64,000 nt of DNA from Acidobacteriota bacterium (GCA_019244185.1 JAFATB010000018.1:128001-192000); one strand, 5' to 3'. Shown: positions 35,922 through 50,686, counted from the first letter of the stretch. The notes: generated by a model not told the origin, from the sequence alone. A program made the numbers and translations.

Positions 35922-37642
35922 TCAAAGGCGCACGCGTAGCCAGGCGCGCAGCGCGCGCGGGCCGCGGCTGGCGAAGACGTTCGTGGCGTCGGCGGCGGCC
36001 GTGAGATGGACCGCTTTGATGGGGACGATGTAGCGCAGCGCGAGATCGGTGGCGAGCGGTGCGTGCGCGATGACCGCGAGGTCGCCGTAGCGTTCGAGCA
36101 CCGTGACTCCGATCTCCTGCTCGCCGATCGGAAGCGCGGCGCCGAGCCACGCGTGCGCCAGATGCCGCGGCGCGAACAGCGGATACTCCGGATCGGTATC
36201 GGCGAACGCGTAGTTCGCGCCCGCCTCGATGCGGTCGAAGAGGCGATAGTTCATGTCGAACTCGACGGCGTTTGCGTCGACGCCGTCGAAGTCGCGGTGG
36301 ATCGCATCGATCCGCGCGGAGCCGGCCGCGCCGAGCGCGGTGGCGAAGCCGAGTGTCGTCTCCTGATTGCTGGGATCGTGGCGGTAGCTCGCGACCACCG
36401 CGCGGCGTCCATCGCCGAAGAAATCGTACGATGCGAAAAGACGAGTGGAGACGTCGTCATCGTCGGAGCGAACCCCGGCGTCGATGGTGAACCGATTGCG
36501 CGACCAGCGGTCGGCCGCGAACCAGGCGGTCGAGGATGCATGGCGCATCGCATCGACGCCGCCGCGCAGCACGTGATCGCCGGCGGCATACGACGCCTCG
36601 CCGAACGCGCCGTCGTACCCTTGCCCATCGAGGATCTGCCGCTGAACGAACGTCTGGATCGTCAGGCGGGGATCCGGCACCGCGATGTAGTTCGCGCTGA
36701 GCTGTCCTTCGTCCGCCCGCGAGCCGCCGCTGAGGTTGCCCTCGCCGTGAATCGCGGTGGCGACGACGTTCTGCCGCGCGCCGAGCTGGCCGCTCAGCTT
36801 CAGCTCGTACCCCTTCTCGTCGCGGATGGCCACGTCCGCACGATCACCGCCCCAGCCGGCCGCGAAGAACCAGAGGCGTTCCGGCAGCAGATGATCGCCC
36901 GCCGCCACCTCGAAGCGATGCTCGAGTCCACCGCCGCCGGTCGAACCGCCGATCCAGTTCTCGCTGGTGATGGTGTCGCGGATCGAGAGAAAGAGGTTCT
37001 CGCTGCCGGAACGCGTGAGCGCGGCCACGGATGAGCCGGTGGCGCGGCCGTATTCGATCGGCAGCGCGCCGCGCAGCACGGTCACCTGCTCGATCGATTC
37101 TTCGCCGATGAGCGTCGCGTTGTAGAGCAAGCCGTCGTCGACGGTCGAATAGAAGGACGGCAGCGGATCCGGTGCGATGGCTTCGACCGACGGCGGATCG
37201 CGACGCACGGGCAGGCGGTCGAGCGCGAGATCGGAAAAGTGCGTGGTGATCGGCTGCGTGTCGGCGACGCCGACGGTGACGGCGGTCGACGTCACGCTCT
37301 CGCCTTCTTCGCCCGGCGTGAGCGTCGCGTCGGCGCGCGCGACGCGCGCGAGCTCGACGGTCGTGCGGCGCGTGAGCGTGACGAGTCCCGTCTTCGCGAA
37401 CGTGACGTCGTAGACGCCGGGCGGCAGCGCGCCGAGCCAGTAGCGGCCGTGCGCGTTCGTCGTGGTCGTGCGCTCGTGCTGCAGCGCCTTCGACGTCACG
37501 GTCACCGTGACGCCGGCCGCGGGCGCGTTCGCGCTGCGCACGATGCCGGCGATCGCGGACGTGGTGACGACGGCGGCGCGCAGCGCCGGCGTCGTCGGAA
37601 CGAGGGCGAGAGCGAAGAACAGCGCGGCGAGGACGCGTCGCA

Positions 37643-37643
<1 letters not shown>
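35922..37643 (-). CDS. Short (573 aa) Oar-like TonB-dependent receptor paralog
   Basis: Signal peptide, AGVTVTVTS, IEYGRATG..LTRSG, LWFFAAG; colinear motif matches to the neighbouring receptor. Confidence 0.8.
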
Positions 37644-39319
<1,676 letters not shown>

Positions 39320-39342
39320 GGCGCGGGATTCTATCCGTAAAC

Positions 39343-39371
39343 AAAAAAGCCGCGGCGCTGGCCGCGGCTTT
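39343..39371 (-). terminator. Intrinsic terminator of the 146-aa ORF
   Basis: GCCGCGGC stem, 4-nt loop, T6 tract on the minus strand. Confidence 0.8.
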
Positions 39372-39393
39372 CGTCGTTCGTCGATGCGAAAAC

Positions 39394-39834
39394 TTACTGC
39401 TGCTGCTTGGGAAGATAGCGCGCGATGGCGTCGTGCGCGTCCGATTCCGGGATCGGCGTCGCGGACGAGACGTCCCACTTGAAGTTGAGCGTCGACTGTC
39501 CCGCGTCGAGCGTGGACTGCCCGATCTGCACGCCGCCGTTGCCGTAGAGCGTGAGCGTGACCGACACCTCGAGCGGCGGGCTGACGAGCAGCTGACCCGC
39601 GACGACCGGCGAGTGCGTAACGATGAGCAGCGACCCGCTGATCGCCTCGCAGGGCGGCATCTGCAGCTGCGCCACCTGCGGGTAGATGACGACCGTCGTC
39701 GTATTCGCGCCCGTGGGCTGGAAGGTGAATCCTCCCTGCGAGATCTGGAGCTCGGGAGCGGGTGAGATCGTGCAGTAGGCGTTGTGGCCGGTGCGGGCCG
39801 CGGCCATCGTCAGGCTGAAATAACCACTCGACAT
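39394..39834 (-). CDS. Hypothetical beta-rich protein (146 aa)
   Basis: Strong GAGGAGG RBS, TG-n-TATCCT extended -10 upstream, and its own terminator. No recognisable domain. Confidence 0.75.
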   Translation of the reverse strand: MSSGYFSLTMAAARTGHNAYCTISPAPELQISQGGFTFQPTGANTTTVVIYPQVAQLQMPPCEAISGSLLIVTHSPVVAGQLLVSPPLEVSVTLTLYGNGGVQIGQSTLDAGQSTLNFKWDVSSATPIPESDAHDAIARYLPKQQQ

Positions 39835-39898
39835 GATGTCCTCCTCTCTTTTTTGAAGCGGAGGCGGCAGGATAGCACGCGGCAGAGACCGACTGCCG

Positions 39899-42367
39899 TC
39901 AGTGCACCGTTTCCATCACGACGGCTTCGCTGATGTGCGGCTCCCGCGGCAAGACGTCCGCGGCGAGCTCCTCGAACGCGACCACGACGAGCGTCTGATC
40001 GTCTTCCGGCGGCCGGTTGCGCGTGAACTTGCGCACGGCCGTCAGCAGCGCTTTCTTCATCTCGTCCGCGGAGGCGCGTCCCGCCTTGACGATGGTCTCT
40101 TCGAAGCGCTCGAAACCGAATGGCTCGCCGTCGTCGTCGATCGCCTCGATGAGGCCGTCGCTGTACAGCACGAGCCGGTCGCCCGGCGCGAACTCGACGC
40201 GGTGCTCGCGGAACGCCTCGCGTCTCCGCACGCCCAGCGGAAATCCCCACGACGACAGCGCCTCGGTTTTTGCCGTCGCGGCGCGGTAGACGTACGGGTC
40301 GAGGTGACCGGCCGACGAGAAGCGGAGCGTCTGCGCGTGCGGATCGAGCACGCCGAAGAAGAAGGTCATCAGCATCCGCTTCGGCGCGGTCTTCTGCACG
40401 ATCTCGTTGAGCACGTCGAGCACGGCGCGCGGCGCGGGATCGTAGTCGACCTGCACCATCAGCGCGGCCTTGGCCATGGCCATGACGATGCCGCTGGTGA
40501 GGCCGTGGCCGGAGACGTCGCCGAACGCGATGCCGATCTCGCCGCTCGGCAGCGGCAGGAAGTCGAAGTAGTCGCCGCCGATCTCGGTGGCGGCGCGGTA
40601 ATGCGAGGCGACGGTCGCGCCGGCGAGCGACGGCGCGTCGAGCGGCAGGAGCGCGGCCTGGATGCGGTTCGCGGCGTCGATCTCCGCCTTCACGCGCTCG
40701 CGCTCGACGATGCGCTTCACGTGCGGCGCGAGGTCTTCGTACGTGTAGACGACTTCGCGCCGCGTCAGCAGCGCGGAGATCGCGAAGGCGATGAGGCCGA
40801 GGATCGGCAGCGCGAGGACGATGGTCAGCTCGCGCGCGAGCTCGCCGCGCGCGACGGAGAGCAGCGGAAGCACGAGCGTCGCCAGCGAGCCGCCGAAGAG
40901 CGCGGTGGTGGCCGTGAGGAGGTCGTAGGCGAGAAACGTGATGATGACCACGGCGATGCCGCCGAAGCCGAACAGCATCCGCGCGTTCACCGGCTCGATC
41001 GGCGGCGCGATCGCTCCGGCGATGACGCCGAGCACGAGCATCGCGAGGACGCCGAGCCAGAGCACGCGCCGCCGGTGCGACCACGCCAGCACGAAGAGCA
41101 CGCCGCCGACGGTGACGAGCAGCGCCTCGCACGCCGCCTGCACGAGCGCGTACAGCGGACCTCCGCTGTAGAGGATCGCGCTCGTGCCGCCGGTCGTCGC
41201 GGTCGCCCAGCCCTGCTGCAACGCGATCGGAATCGCGCCGACGGCGAGCGCCGCGCCGGCCACGGCGGGCGCGAGGAGCGAGCCGCGCAGCAGCGACTGG
41301 CCGACGGTTGCGTTCAGCGGATCGCGGCGCAGGATCGCGTCGAACGCCGCGAGCTTCTCGCCCCAGCGCTCGCGCGCGTAACTCTCGCCGACGGCCCACG
41401 CGAGGAAGAGCAGAATCGCCGACGGCAGATTACCGAGCAGAAAGCCGAACGCGGTGACCGCCCACGAGATCGCCGGCGCATCGAGCGAGCCGAGACCCCA
41501 GCCATCCGCCATCGACACGCGCGCGAGCAATGCGCCGCCGATGAGGAGCACGATCAGCACGGCGAACAGAAACGCGCCCGTGTTCACGCCCACTTCGCCC
41601 GCGTGATACTTCCTGAGGAAGATCACGATGAGGATCAGCAGCAGGAGGAAGAGCGTCGCGAACTGCAGCAGGACGGAGGCGACGTCGCCGCCGGTGTCGC
41701 CGGTCAGCTGCGCGCCGTCCACGTACTCCTCGCTGAGGTCCCAGCCGGCCTGGCGGTCGCCGACGAAGTAGACGTTCAGATAGAGCGCGAGCTGCGGCAG
41801 CGGAAAGCTCGACGGCACGCGGTAGCGGAAGACCCAGTCGGTACGCGAGCGCAGCACCGTCGGCCGCGCCGACTCGAACTTCGGCGACGGTGCGCCGGCA
41901 AACGTCCGCGAACGCACGAACGCGTCCGCGCGCGGCCGCAGCTGCGCCTCGGTCGCCTTCGCGCCGGGATCGCCGTCGCGCAGCCGCAGCCGCGCCTCGG
42001 TGACCTCGCCCGTCCGCGCGTCGACCTGCACGGCGCCGTGCGGCGGATACTTGTCCTTGTTGAGGTAGTAGTACGTCAGCTGGTACGCGTTGAGTCTCGG
42101 GCCGAGGACCGGATCGTTCCACGCGTCGGCAAGATGCGGGCTGTTGCGCAGCTCTTTCTCGAGATACCGCGACGGATGCCAGATGTTCGTGGCCCACGTC
42201 GACCCGAGCGGGATCCCAAGCTTCTGCGCGGCGTCGTTGGCGATCCGGCGCGCCTCGGAGCGCGTGATGCTGATGCCGCGCGGTTCCGCCGGCCGATAGA
42301 ACGGAAGCACCAGCAGCAGCGCGACGACTCCTGCGACGGCGGCCACCAGCGGAGCGACGCGTTTCAT
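39899..42367 (-). CDS. Membrane-bound PP2C/SpoIIE (RsbU-like) Ser/Thr phosphatase
   Basis: IGGDYFD, GDVSGHG, SAGH, YSDG and EDDQT motifs; periplasmic domain plus multi-TM region. Start at 42367 or 42382. Confidence 0.9.
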   Translation of the reverse strand: MKRVAPLVAAVAGVVALLLVLPFYRPAEPRGISITRSEARRIANDAAQKLGIPLGSTWATNIWHPSRYLEKELRNSPHLADAWNDPVLGPRLNAYQLTYYYLNKDKYPPHGAVQVDARTGEVTEARLRLRDGDPGAKATEAQLRPRADAFVRSRTFAGAPSPKFESARPTVLRSRTDWVFRYRVPSSFPLPQLALYLNVYFVGDRQAGWDLSEEYVDGAQLTGDTGGDVASVLLQFATLFLLLLILIVIFLRKYHAGEVGVNTGAFLFAVLIVLLIGGALLARVSMADGWGLGSLDAPAISWAVTAFGFLLGNLPSAILLFLAWAVGESYARERWGEKLAAFDAILRRDPLNATVGQSLLRGSLLAPAVAGAALAVGAIPIALQQGWATATTGGTSAILYSGGPLYALVQAACEALLVTVGGVLFVLAWSHRRRVLWLGVLAMLVLGVIAGAIAPPIEPVNARMLFGFGGIAVVIITFLAYDLLTATTALFGGSLATLVLPLLSVARGELARELTIVLALPILGLIAFAISALLTRREVVYTYEDLAPHVKRIVERERVKAEIDAANRIQAALLPLDAPSLAGATVASHYRAATEIGGDYFDFLPLPSGEIGIAFGDVSGHGLTSGIVMAMAKAALMVQVDYDPAPRAVLDVLNEIVQKTAPKRMLMTFFFGVLDPHAQTLRFSSAGHLDPYVYRAATAKTEALSSWGFPLGVRRREAFREHRVEFAPGDRLVLYSDGLIEAIDDDGEPFGFERFEETIVKAGRASADEMKKALLTAVRKFTRNRPPEDDQTLVVVAFEELAADVLPREPHISEAVVMETVH

Positions 42368-42450
42368 GGACGCCGTCATCATAACCGTGCTCTTCACGCG
42401 TCCTTTGATACGTTCATGCGGCGATTCGGTTGCTACACTTGCGCTCTCGC

Positions 42451-43683
42451 ATGCAGAACAGCACCGCGATCAGCGACCGCCGCGCGACGTACGCGCTCGC
42501 GGTGCTGACGTTCATCAATCTCTTCAACTACGTCGACCGCTGGGTCGTGGCCGCGGTGGTCGAGCCGATGAAGCACGCGCTGTCGCTCAGCGACACGCAG
42601 CTCGGCTTCCTCAACCTCGGCTTCATCATCGTCTACGCCGCGGCCTCGCCGATCTTCGGCTCGCTCGGTGACAAGCGCGCGCGTCCGCCGCTGATCGCGA
42701 TCGGCGTCGGCATCTGGAGTTTCGCCACGGGCCTGGGCGGCTTCGCGCGCGGCTTCTGGTCGCTCTTCAGCGCGCGCTCGACGGTCGGCATCGGCGAGGC
42801 AGCGTACGGCACGATCGCGCCGGCGCTGCTGTCGGATCAGTTCGCGTACGAGAAGCGCGGCCGCGTGATGTCGGTCTTCTTCTCCGCGATCCCGATCGGC
42901 TCGGCGCTCGGCTACGTTCTGGGCGGACTGGCGGATCGCCATTTCGGCTGGCGTGCGGCCTTCTGGATCGCCGGATTTCCGGGCGTGCTGCTGGCCATCC
43001 TGGTGCTCTTCGTGAAGGATCCGCCGCGCGGACAGAACGACGTGGCGACGATGCACCACGCGCCGCCAGCGAACGCGAACGCGTATCGCGAGCTGCTGCG
43101 CAACCGCCCGTACGTGCTGGCAGTGCTCGGTTACGCCGCATACACGTTCGCGCTGGGCGGGCTCGGATTCTGGATGCCGGCGTTCCTCGAGCGCGCGCGC
43201 GGGATGTCGCGGTCGGAGTCGACGGTGACGTTCGGCGCGATCGTGATCGTGACCGGCTTCACCGGCACCGCGCTCGGCGGCTGGCTCGGCGACAAGTTTC
43301 TCGCGCGGACGAAGCAGTCGTATCTGTGGGTCTCGGGGATCGCCACGCTGATCGCGACGCCGTTCACGTTCGTGGCGCTGACGAACCACGCGAAGCCGGT
43401 GTACCTCGGCGCGATCATCGTGGCCGAGGTGCTCATCTTCATGTGCACCGGACCGATCAACTCCGCGATCGTGAATCTGGTCTCGCCGCTGGAGCGCGCG
43501 ACGGCCGTCGGTTTCTCGGTGCTGGTGATGCACTTCCTCGGCGACATTCCGTCGCCGCCGCTGATCGGCATGCTCTCGGACGCGAGCTCGCTCGAGCGCG
43601 GGTTCCTGGTCGTGCCGGTGGCGGTGCTGCTTGCGGGCGTGATCTGGACTTACGCCGCGTGGCGCACGCCGGCCGATGCGTAA
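42451..43683 (+). CDS. Spinster-like MFS transporter
   Basis: INLFNYVDR, GIGEAAYGTIAPALLSD, AIPIGSALGY and HFLGDIPSPPLIG motifs. Confidence 0.88.
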   Translation: MQNSTAISDRRATYALAVLTFINLFNYVDRWVVAAVVEPMKHALSLSDTQLGFLNLGFIIVYAAASPIFGSLGDKRARPPLIAIGVGIWSFATGLGGFARGFWSLFSARSTVGIGEAAYGTIAPALLSDQFAYEKRGRVMSVFFSAIPIGSALGYVLGGLADRHFGWRAAFWIAGFPGVLLAILVLFVKDPPRGQNDVATMHHAPPANANAYRELLRNRPYVLAVLGYAAYTFALGGLGFWMPAFLERARGMSRSESTVTFGAIVIVTGFTGTALGGWLGDKFLARTKQSYLWVSGIATLIATPFTFVALTNHAKPVYLGAIIVAEVLIFMCTGPINSAIVNLVSPLERATAVGFSVLVMHFLGDIPSPPLIGMLSDASSLERGFLVVPVAVLLAGVIWTYAAWRTPADA

Positions 43684-44929
43684 GCTCGTCACCGCGTTCC
43701 TCGCGCTCTGCATGCGCATCTTCTACCGGCGCATCGAGCTCGCCGGCACGGAGCGCATTCCGGACGGGCCGGTGATCTTCGCGATGAACCATCCGAACGG
43801 GCTCGTCGATCCGCTGTTCCTCGTCTGCTTCGCGCCGCGTCCCGTGTCGTTCCTCGCGAAGGCGCCGCTGTTCCGCTATCCGGTCATCAGCTTCTTCGTG
43901 CACCTCTTCGACTCGATCCCGGTCTATCGGAAGCAGGACCACAACACGCGCGGCAGCAACGAAGAGACGTTCTCCCGCGCGCGCGACGTGCTGCGGCGCG
44001 GCGGCGCGATCGCGATTTTTCCCGAAGGCACGACGCACGACGACGCGCAGCTGCGCGAGCTGAAGACGGGCGCCGCGCGCATCGCGTTGGGCGCGCGACT
44101 CGAGGCCATGTCGGTGGTGCCGGTCGGCATCTACTACACGGCCAAACACGTCTTTCGCAGCTCGGCGCTGGTGGTGTTCGGCGAGCCGCTGACGGTCGCG
44201 TCGAGCGACGAGTCGCCGGGCGCGGTCGAGCAGCTGACGGCGGAGATCGATGCGGGGCTCGATGCGGTGACCCTGCAGGCGGACTCGCGCGCCGCGCTCG
44301 CGCTCGTCGCGCGCGCGGAGGACATCTTCTCCGCGACCGACGCGCTGCCGCTCCCCGCGGAGTTCGGACTGCAGCGGCGTTTCGTCGACGGCTACCGCTA
44401 TCTCGCCACGCACGATCCGGCGCGCCTCGCGCGCCTCGAAACCGCGGTCACGCAATTCGAGGCCGAGTTGCGCCGCGCGGGCGTCGACGTGCAGAACCTC
44501 GTGCATCGCGGCGGCGCGGCGCGCGCGTTTCGCGTGATCGTGCTGCTGCCGCTCGCGCTCCTCGGCGCAATCGTGAGCTATCCGACGTATCGCCTCATCG
44601 GCGTGCTCGCGAAGCGCTTCTCCGGCGGCGAAGACGCGGTCGTTGCGACGATCAAGCTCCTCGCCGCGCTCGCGCTCTATCCGCTGACGTATCTCGCGAT
44701 CGCGTATCTCGTCGGGATGCGTTTCGGCGTGCCGACGGGACTCGTCGTGCTGCTCGTGCTGCCGTTTCTCGCGTACCTCGCGCTGCGCGTGTTCGAAGAC
44801 ATCGACGAGGTGCTCGCCGACGCGCGCGCGTTCGCGCATCGCGACGACCGCGCGCGGCTGCTGCAGCAGCGCGAGGCGATCCGCAACGAGTTCGTCGCGG
44901 TGGCCGAAGAGATGGCCGCGCGGCGCTGA
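43676..44929 (+). CDS. Lysophospholipid/glycerolipid acyltransferase (PlsC superfamily) with C-terminal TM helices
   Basis: NHPNGLVD (HX4D), FLAK, IFPEG and KTGAARIA motifs. 8-nt overlap with the MFS gene. Confidence 0.88.
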   Translation: MRKLVTAFLALCMRIFYRRIELAGTERIPDGPVIFAMNHPNGLVDPLFLVCFAPRPVSFLAKAPLFRYPVISFFVHLFDSIPVYRKQDHNTRGSNEETFSRARDVLRRGGAIAIFPEGTTHDDAQLRELKTGAARIALGARLEAMSVVPVGIYYTAKHVFRSSALVVFGEPLTVASSDESPGAVEQLTAEIDAGLDAVTLQADSRAALALVARAEDIFSATDALPLPAEFGLQRRFVDGYRYLATHDPARLARLETAVTQFEAELRRAGVDVQNLVHRGGAARAFRVIVLLPLALLGAIVSYPTYRLIGVLAKRFSGGEDAVVATIKLLAALALYPLTYLAIAYLVGMRFGVPTGLVVLLVLPFLAYLALRVFEDIDEVLADARAFAHRDDRARLLQQREAIRNEFVAVAEEMAARR

Positions 44930-44944
44930 GGTCTACAATCGTCC

Positions 44945-45946
44945 ATGCGCAACTCGATCGTGGCTCTCGCGGCTCTGACGCTCGCCGCCTGCTCGCAATC
45001 CACCGCGAACCTGCATCTGCAGACCGGCCCCGAGACGCACGCGATTGGCGGCGGCGGACGCACGGCGACCTTCGAATACCTCGGCGCCGGCGGCTGGCTG
45101 ATCCGCCGCGGCAGCGACGCCGTGCTCACCGCGCCGTTCTTCACGAATCCGAGCTTCCTGCGCCTGCCGTTCCGCACGAGCAGCAATCACGCGGTCGTGC
45201 AGCAGCACCTCGATCGCCTCGGCAATCTCGACGACGTGCGCGTCGTCGTCACCGGACACGCGCACTACGACCACATCATGGACCTGCCGGAGGTGCTGCC
45301 GCGCGTGCCCGCATCCGCGCCGATCGTCGGCGGCGTCACCGTCTGCAACACGCTCGCGTCCGCGCTGGCGGGACACGCGTGCGAGTCGATGCTGACGCGC
45401 GCCGGCACACGCAACGCCGCGGCCACGCCGTTCAATGTGAACGCGCGCGTCCGCGTGCTGCCGTACTTTTCCGAGCACGCGTCGCACGTCGCACACATCC
45501 GCGCGCTCAACGGCCATTACGCGTCGCCGCTCGCGCACGTACCCGCCAAGCCGAACGCGTGGCGCGAAGGGGAGACGCTCGCGTACCTCATCGACTTCCT
45601 CGACGCGAACGGCGCGCCCGAGCTGCGCGTCTGGTACGTCGACGCGTCGCCGAACACGCCGTATGGCTTGCCCGACGACGCGACGCTGCACGACAAGCGC
45701 GTCGACGTCGCCATCTTTTGCGTCGGCAACTGGAACCAGCAGGCGGATTATCCGAAGGCGTATCTCGCGGCGCTCGCGCCGTCGTACGCGCTCCTCGGCC
45801 ACTGGGAGAACTTCTTCCGGAGCGCCGATCGTCCGCCGCTCGCGTTGCGTGCGGCGGACGTCGGTGCGTTCGAGGCGCTCGTGGCGCAGGCGAACGTGCC
45901 GTACACGCTGCCCGATCGCCACAAGGTCATCACGATCCAGTATTAG
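44945..45946 (+). CDS. MBL-fold lipoprotein hydrolase
   Basis: Lipobox LAAC, GHAHYDH, GHWE motifs. Confidence 0.8.
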   Translation: MRNSIVALAALTLAACSQSTANLHLQTGPETHAIGGGGRTATFEYLGAGGWLIRRGSDAVLTAPFFTNPSFLRLPFRTSSNHAVVQQHLDRLGNLDDVRVVVTGHAHYDHIMDLPEVLPRVPASAPIVGGVTVCNTLASALAGHACESMLTRAGTRNAAATPFNVNARVRVLPYFSEHASHVAHIRALNGHYASPLAHVPAKPNAWREGETLAYLIDFLDANGAPELRVWYVDASPNTPYGLPDDATLHDKRVDVAIFCVGNWNQQADYPKAYLAALAPSYALLGHWENFFRSADRPPLALRAADVGAFEALVAQANVPYTLPDRHKVITIQY

Positions 45947-47462
45947 ACGCGCCGCGGATGAACGACACGAGATCGTCGTGCAGCTTCCGGTGCGCGGTGC
46001 GGTCGATGTACATCATGTGGCCGCCGGCGTAGTAGTGCAGCGTCACGTTCGGCCGCAGCTCCGGCTCGATCTGCATGCGCGCGAAGGTGTAGTTCGTCGC
46101 GCCGAAGGGCGTGGCCAGATCGTAGTAGCCATTCGCGACGAAAACCTTGAGGAAGGGGTTCTGCGTCATCGCGCCGCGCAGCGTTTCCGCGACGTCGAGA
46201 TAGCGGTTCTGATAGCGGTCGAAGCTCCACGGCCGCGCTTTGTCGGTGAGGATCTCGTACGGCGTGTCGGTCTCGAATTTCAGCACGCGGCGCACGTAGT
46301 CGTTGAAGACGGCCGTGTACTCGCCGTAGATCGCGGAGTAGGACGGATCGTCTTCCGAGCTCTCGCCCGCGGCGTCGCGGTCGATGCCGATGAAGCGGCC
46401 GTCGAGACGTCCGACGGTGCGGCGGCGGTCGCGCAGGAGCTCCTTGTCGTAGCGGTCGATGTCGATGCGGAGGTTCGTGCGGTCGAGGTACTCGCGCGAG
46501 AGGCCGGTGAGCCGTGAGAGCCGCTCGATGATCGACGCGCGATCGGTGGCGCTGATGCGGTCGCCCTGCATCAGCGCGTGCGTGTAATCGCCGAGGGCGA
46601 AGGCTTCGGACTCCGCGACGGCACGCTCGACGCCGGCGCTCTGCAGATCGGCGGGAAGACGCTTGTGGTACCACGAGATCGCCGTGTACGTCGGCAGGAA
46701 GAGGATGTACGGCAGATCGGTGGCGGTGTCGAAGCGCGCGGTGGCGAAGTTGAGAATCGACGAGATCAATACGATCCCGTTGAGGTAGAAGCCCTGGCCG
46801 TGCAGCCAGCCCGCGAGTCCGGCCGCGCGCGTCGTGCCGTAGCTCTCGCCAGCGACGAACTTCGGCGAGCTCCATCGTGCGTTGCGCGTCGTCCAGAGGC
46901 GGATCACCTCGCCGACGGACTCGATGTCGGAGTCGACGCTATGAAACTTCTTCGCGTCCTCGAACGGAATGGCGCGGCTGAAGCCGGTCGACACCGGATC
47001 GATGAAGACGAGGTCCGTCGCGTCGAGCAGCGTGGCCTCGTTGTCGACGAGGTGATACGGCGGCGCGCCGGCGTGACCCTCTTCGTCGCCGTACGCGACG
47101 CGGCGCGGACCGAACGCGCCCATGTGCAGCCACACCGACGACGAGCCGGGACCGCCGTTGAACGTGTACGTCACGGGGCGTTTCGCCGGATCGGCGCCGT
47201 CGCGCGTGTACGAGACGACGAAGAAGCTCGCGCGCGGATCGCCCTTGTCGTCCTTGAGCACCATCGTGCCGGCGCGCGCGGTGTACGCGATGGTCTCGCC
47301 GCCCGCGCGCATGGTGCCGCTGGTGGTGACGATCTGGTCCGGCGGCACTTCTTTTTTCTCGCGCGGCGCGTCCGATTTTTTGTCGGGTTTGTCGGCCGGC
47401 CGCTCCTGCGCGGAAGCGACGCACGCGAGAGTCATCACGAAGACGGCGAGCAGTTTTTTCAT
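45930..47462 (-). CDS. S10 family serine carboxypeptidase (secreted)
   Basis: FNGGPGSSS, IDPVSTGFS, GESYG, GYYDLATP and GGHMMY motifs; signal peptide. Confidence 0.92.
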   Translation of the reverse strand: MKKLLAVFVMTLACVASAQERPADKPDKKSDAPREKKEVPPDQIVTTSGTMRAGGETIAYTARAGTMVLKDDKGDPRASFFVVSYTRDGADPAKRPVTYTFNGGPGSSSVWLHMGAFGPRRVAYGDEEGHAGAPPYHLVDNEATLLDATDLVFIDPVSTGFSRAIPFEDAKKFHSVDSDIESVGEVIRLWTTRNARWSSPKFVAGESYGTTRAAGLAGWLHGQGFYLNGIVLISSILNFATARFDTATDLPYILFLPTYTAISWYHKRLPADLQSAGVERAVAESEAFALGDYTHALMQGDRISATDRASIIERLSRLTGLSREYLDRTNLRIDIDRYDKELLRDRRRTVGRLDGRFIGIDRDAAGESSEDDPSYSAIYGEYTAVFNDYVRRVLKFETDTPYEILTDKARPWSFDRYQNRYLDVAETLRGAMTQNPFLKVFVANGYYDLATPFGATNYTFARMQIEPELRPNVTLHYYAGGHMMYIDRTAHRKLHDDLVSFIRGASNTGS

Positions 47463-47551
47463 ACGGCGCAGAAACCTAACACAAACGCGCGGGAAGGGAT
47501 CGCCGCACGGCGCGGTTCCAGTGCGGAACCTTCCGTCCAAGAGAGGACCCC

Positions 47552-49951
<2,400 letters not shown>

Positions 49952-49960
49952 ACTGATGTC

Positions 49961-50659
49961 GTGACCTACCGCGAGCTCCGACCCACGGCCGCGCTGCAGC
50001 CGTGGGTCGAATGTTACTGGACGCGCGGCGAGGACGCGGACACGCGCGAGGCGAACCGCATCCTGCCGGACGGCTGCGCCGATCTCGTCTTCGATCTGAC
50101 GCGGGAGGAGGCGTTCGCCGTCGGCACGATGACGACCGCGCTCGTGCTGCCGCCGTCGCCGGGACAGCGCTTCTTCGGCGTGCGCTTCCGTCCCGGACGC
50201 GCCGCGGCGTTCCTGCGCATTCCGCTCGCGGAGATCACGGACGCGCGCGTGCCGCTGCGCGAGCTGTGGCGCGACGTGCCGCGTCCTGACCGCATCAACT
50301 GTGACGACATTGAACGCGAGCTGCTGCGCCGTCTCGATCCCGAGCGCGACGCGCGCGTCGACGCGGCGATCGCGCGCATCATCGACAGCGATGGCGCGGA
50401 GCGCATCGAGCCGCTCGCGCGCGAGCTCGGCATCTCGCGGCAGCATCTCGCGCGGCAGTTCCTGCATCACGTCGGCGTCTCGCCGAAGACGTTCGCGCGG
50501 GTGATGCGCTTCCGGCGTCTGGTGTCGCGCGCGCACGCGGACGCCGACTGGGCGGACGTCGCGGCGCGACACGGCTACTACGACCAGTCGCATCTCATCG
50601 CCGAGTTTCGCGCGCTGGCGGGCACGACGCCGAACGCGTTCCATTTTTCCAATCCGTAG
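49961..50659 (+). CDS. AraC family regulator (DUF6597-type N-terminus)
   Basis: ILPDGCADL, GVRFRPG, VGVSPK..RVMRF and GYYDQSHL motifs. Confidence 0.9.
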   Translation: MTYRELRPTAALQPWVECYWTRGEDADTREANRILPDGCADLVFDLTREEAFAVGTMTTALVLPPSPGQRFFGVRFRPGRAAAFLRIPLAEITDARVPLRELWRDVPRPDRINCDDIERELLRRLDPERDARVDAAIARIIDSDGAERIEPLARELGISRQHLARQFLHHVGVSPKTFARVMRFRRLVSRAHADADWADVAARHGYYDQSHLIAEFRALAGTTPNAFHFSNP

Positions 50660-50686
50660 CGACGCGCGCGGCGCTAGATTCGGGGC

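Noticed and set aside
45930-45946. 3' overlaps of convergent genes (also 59573-59578)
   Set aside because: Short tail-to-tail overlaps are common in compact GC-rich genomes.
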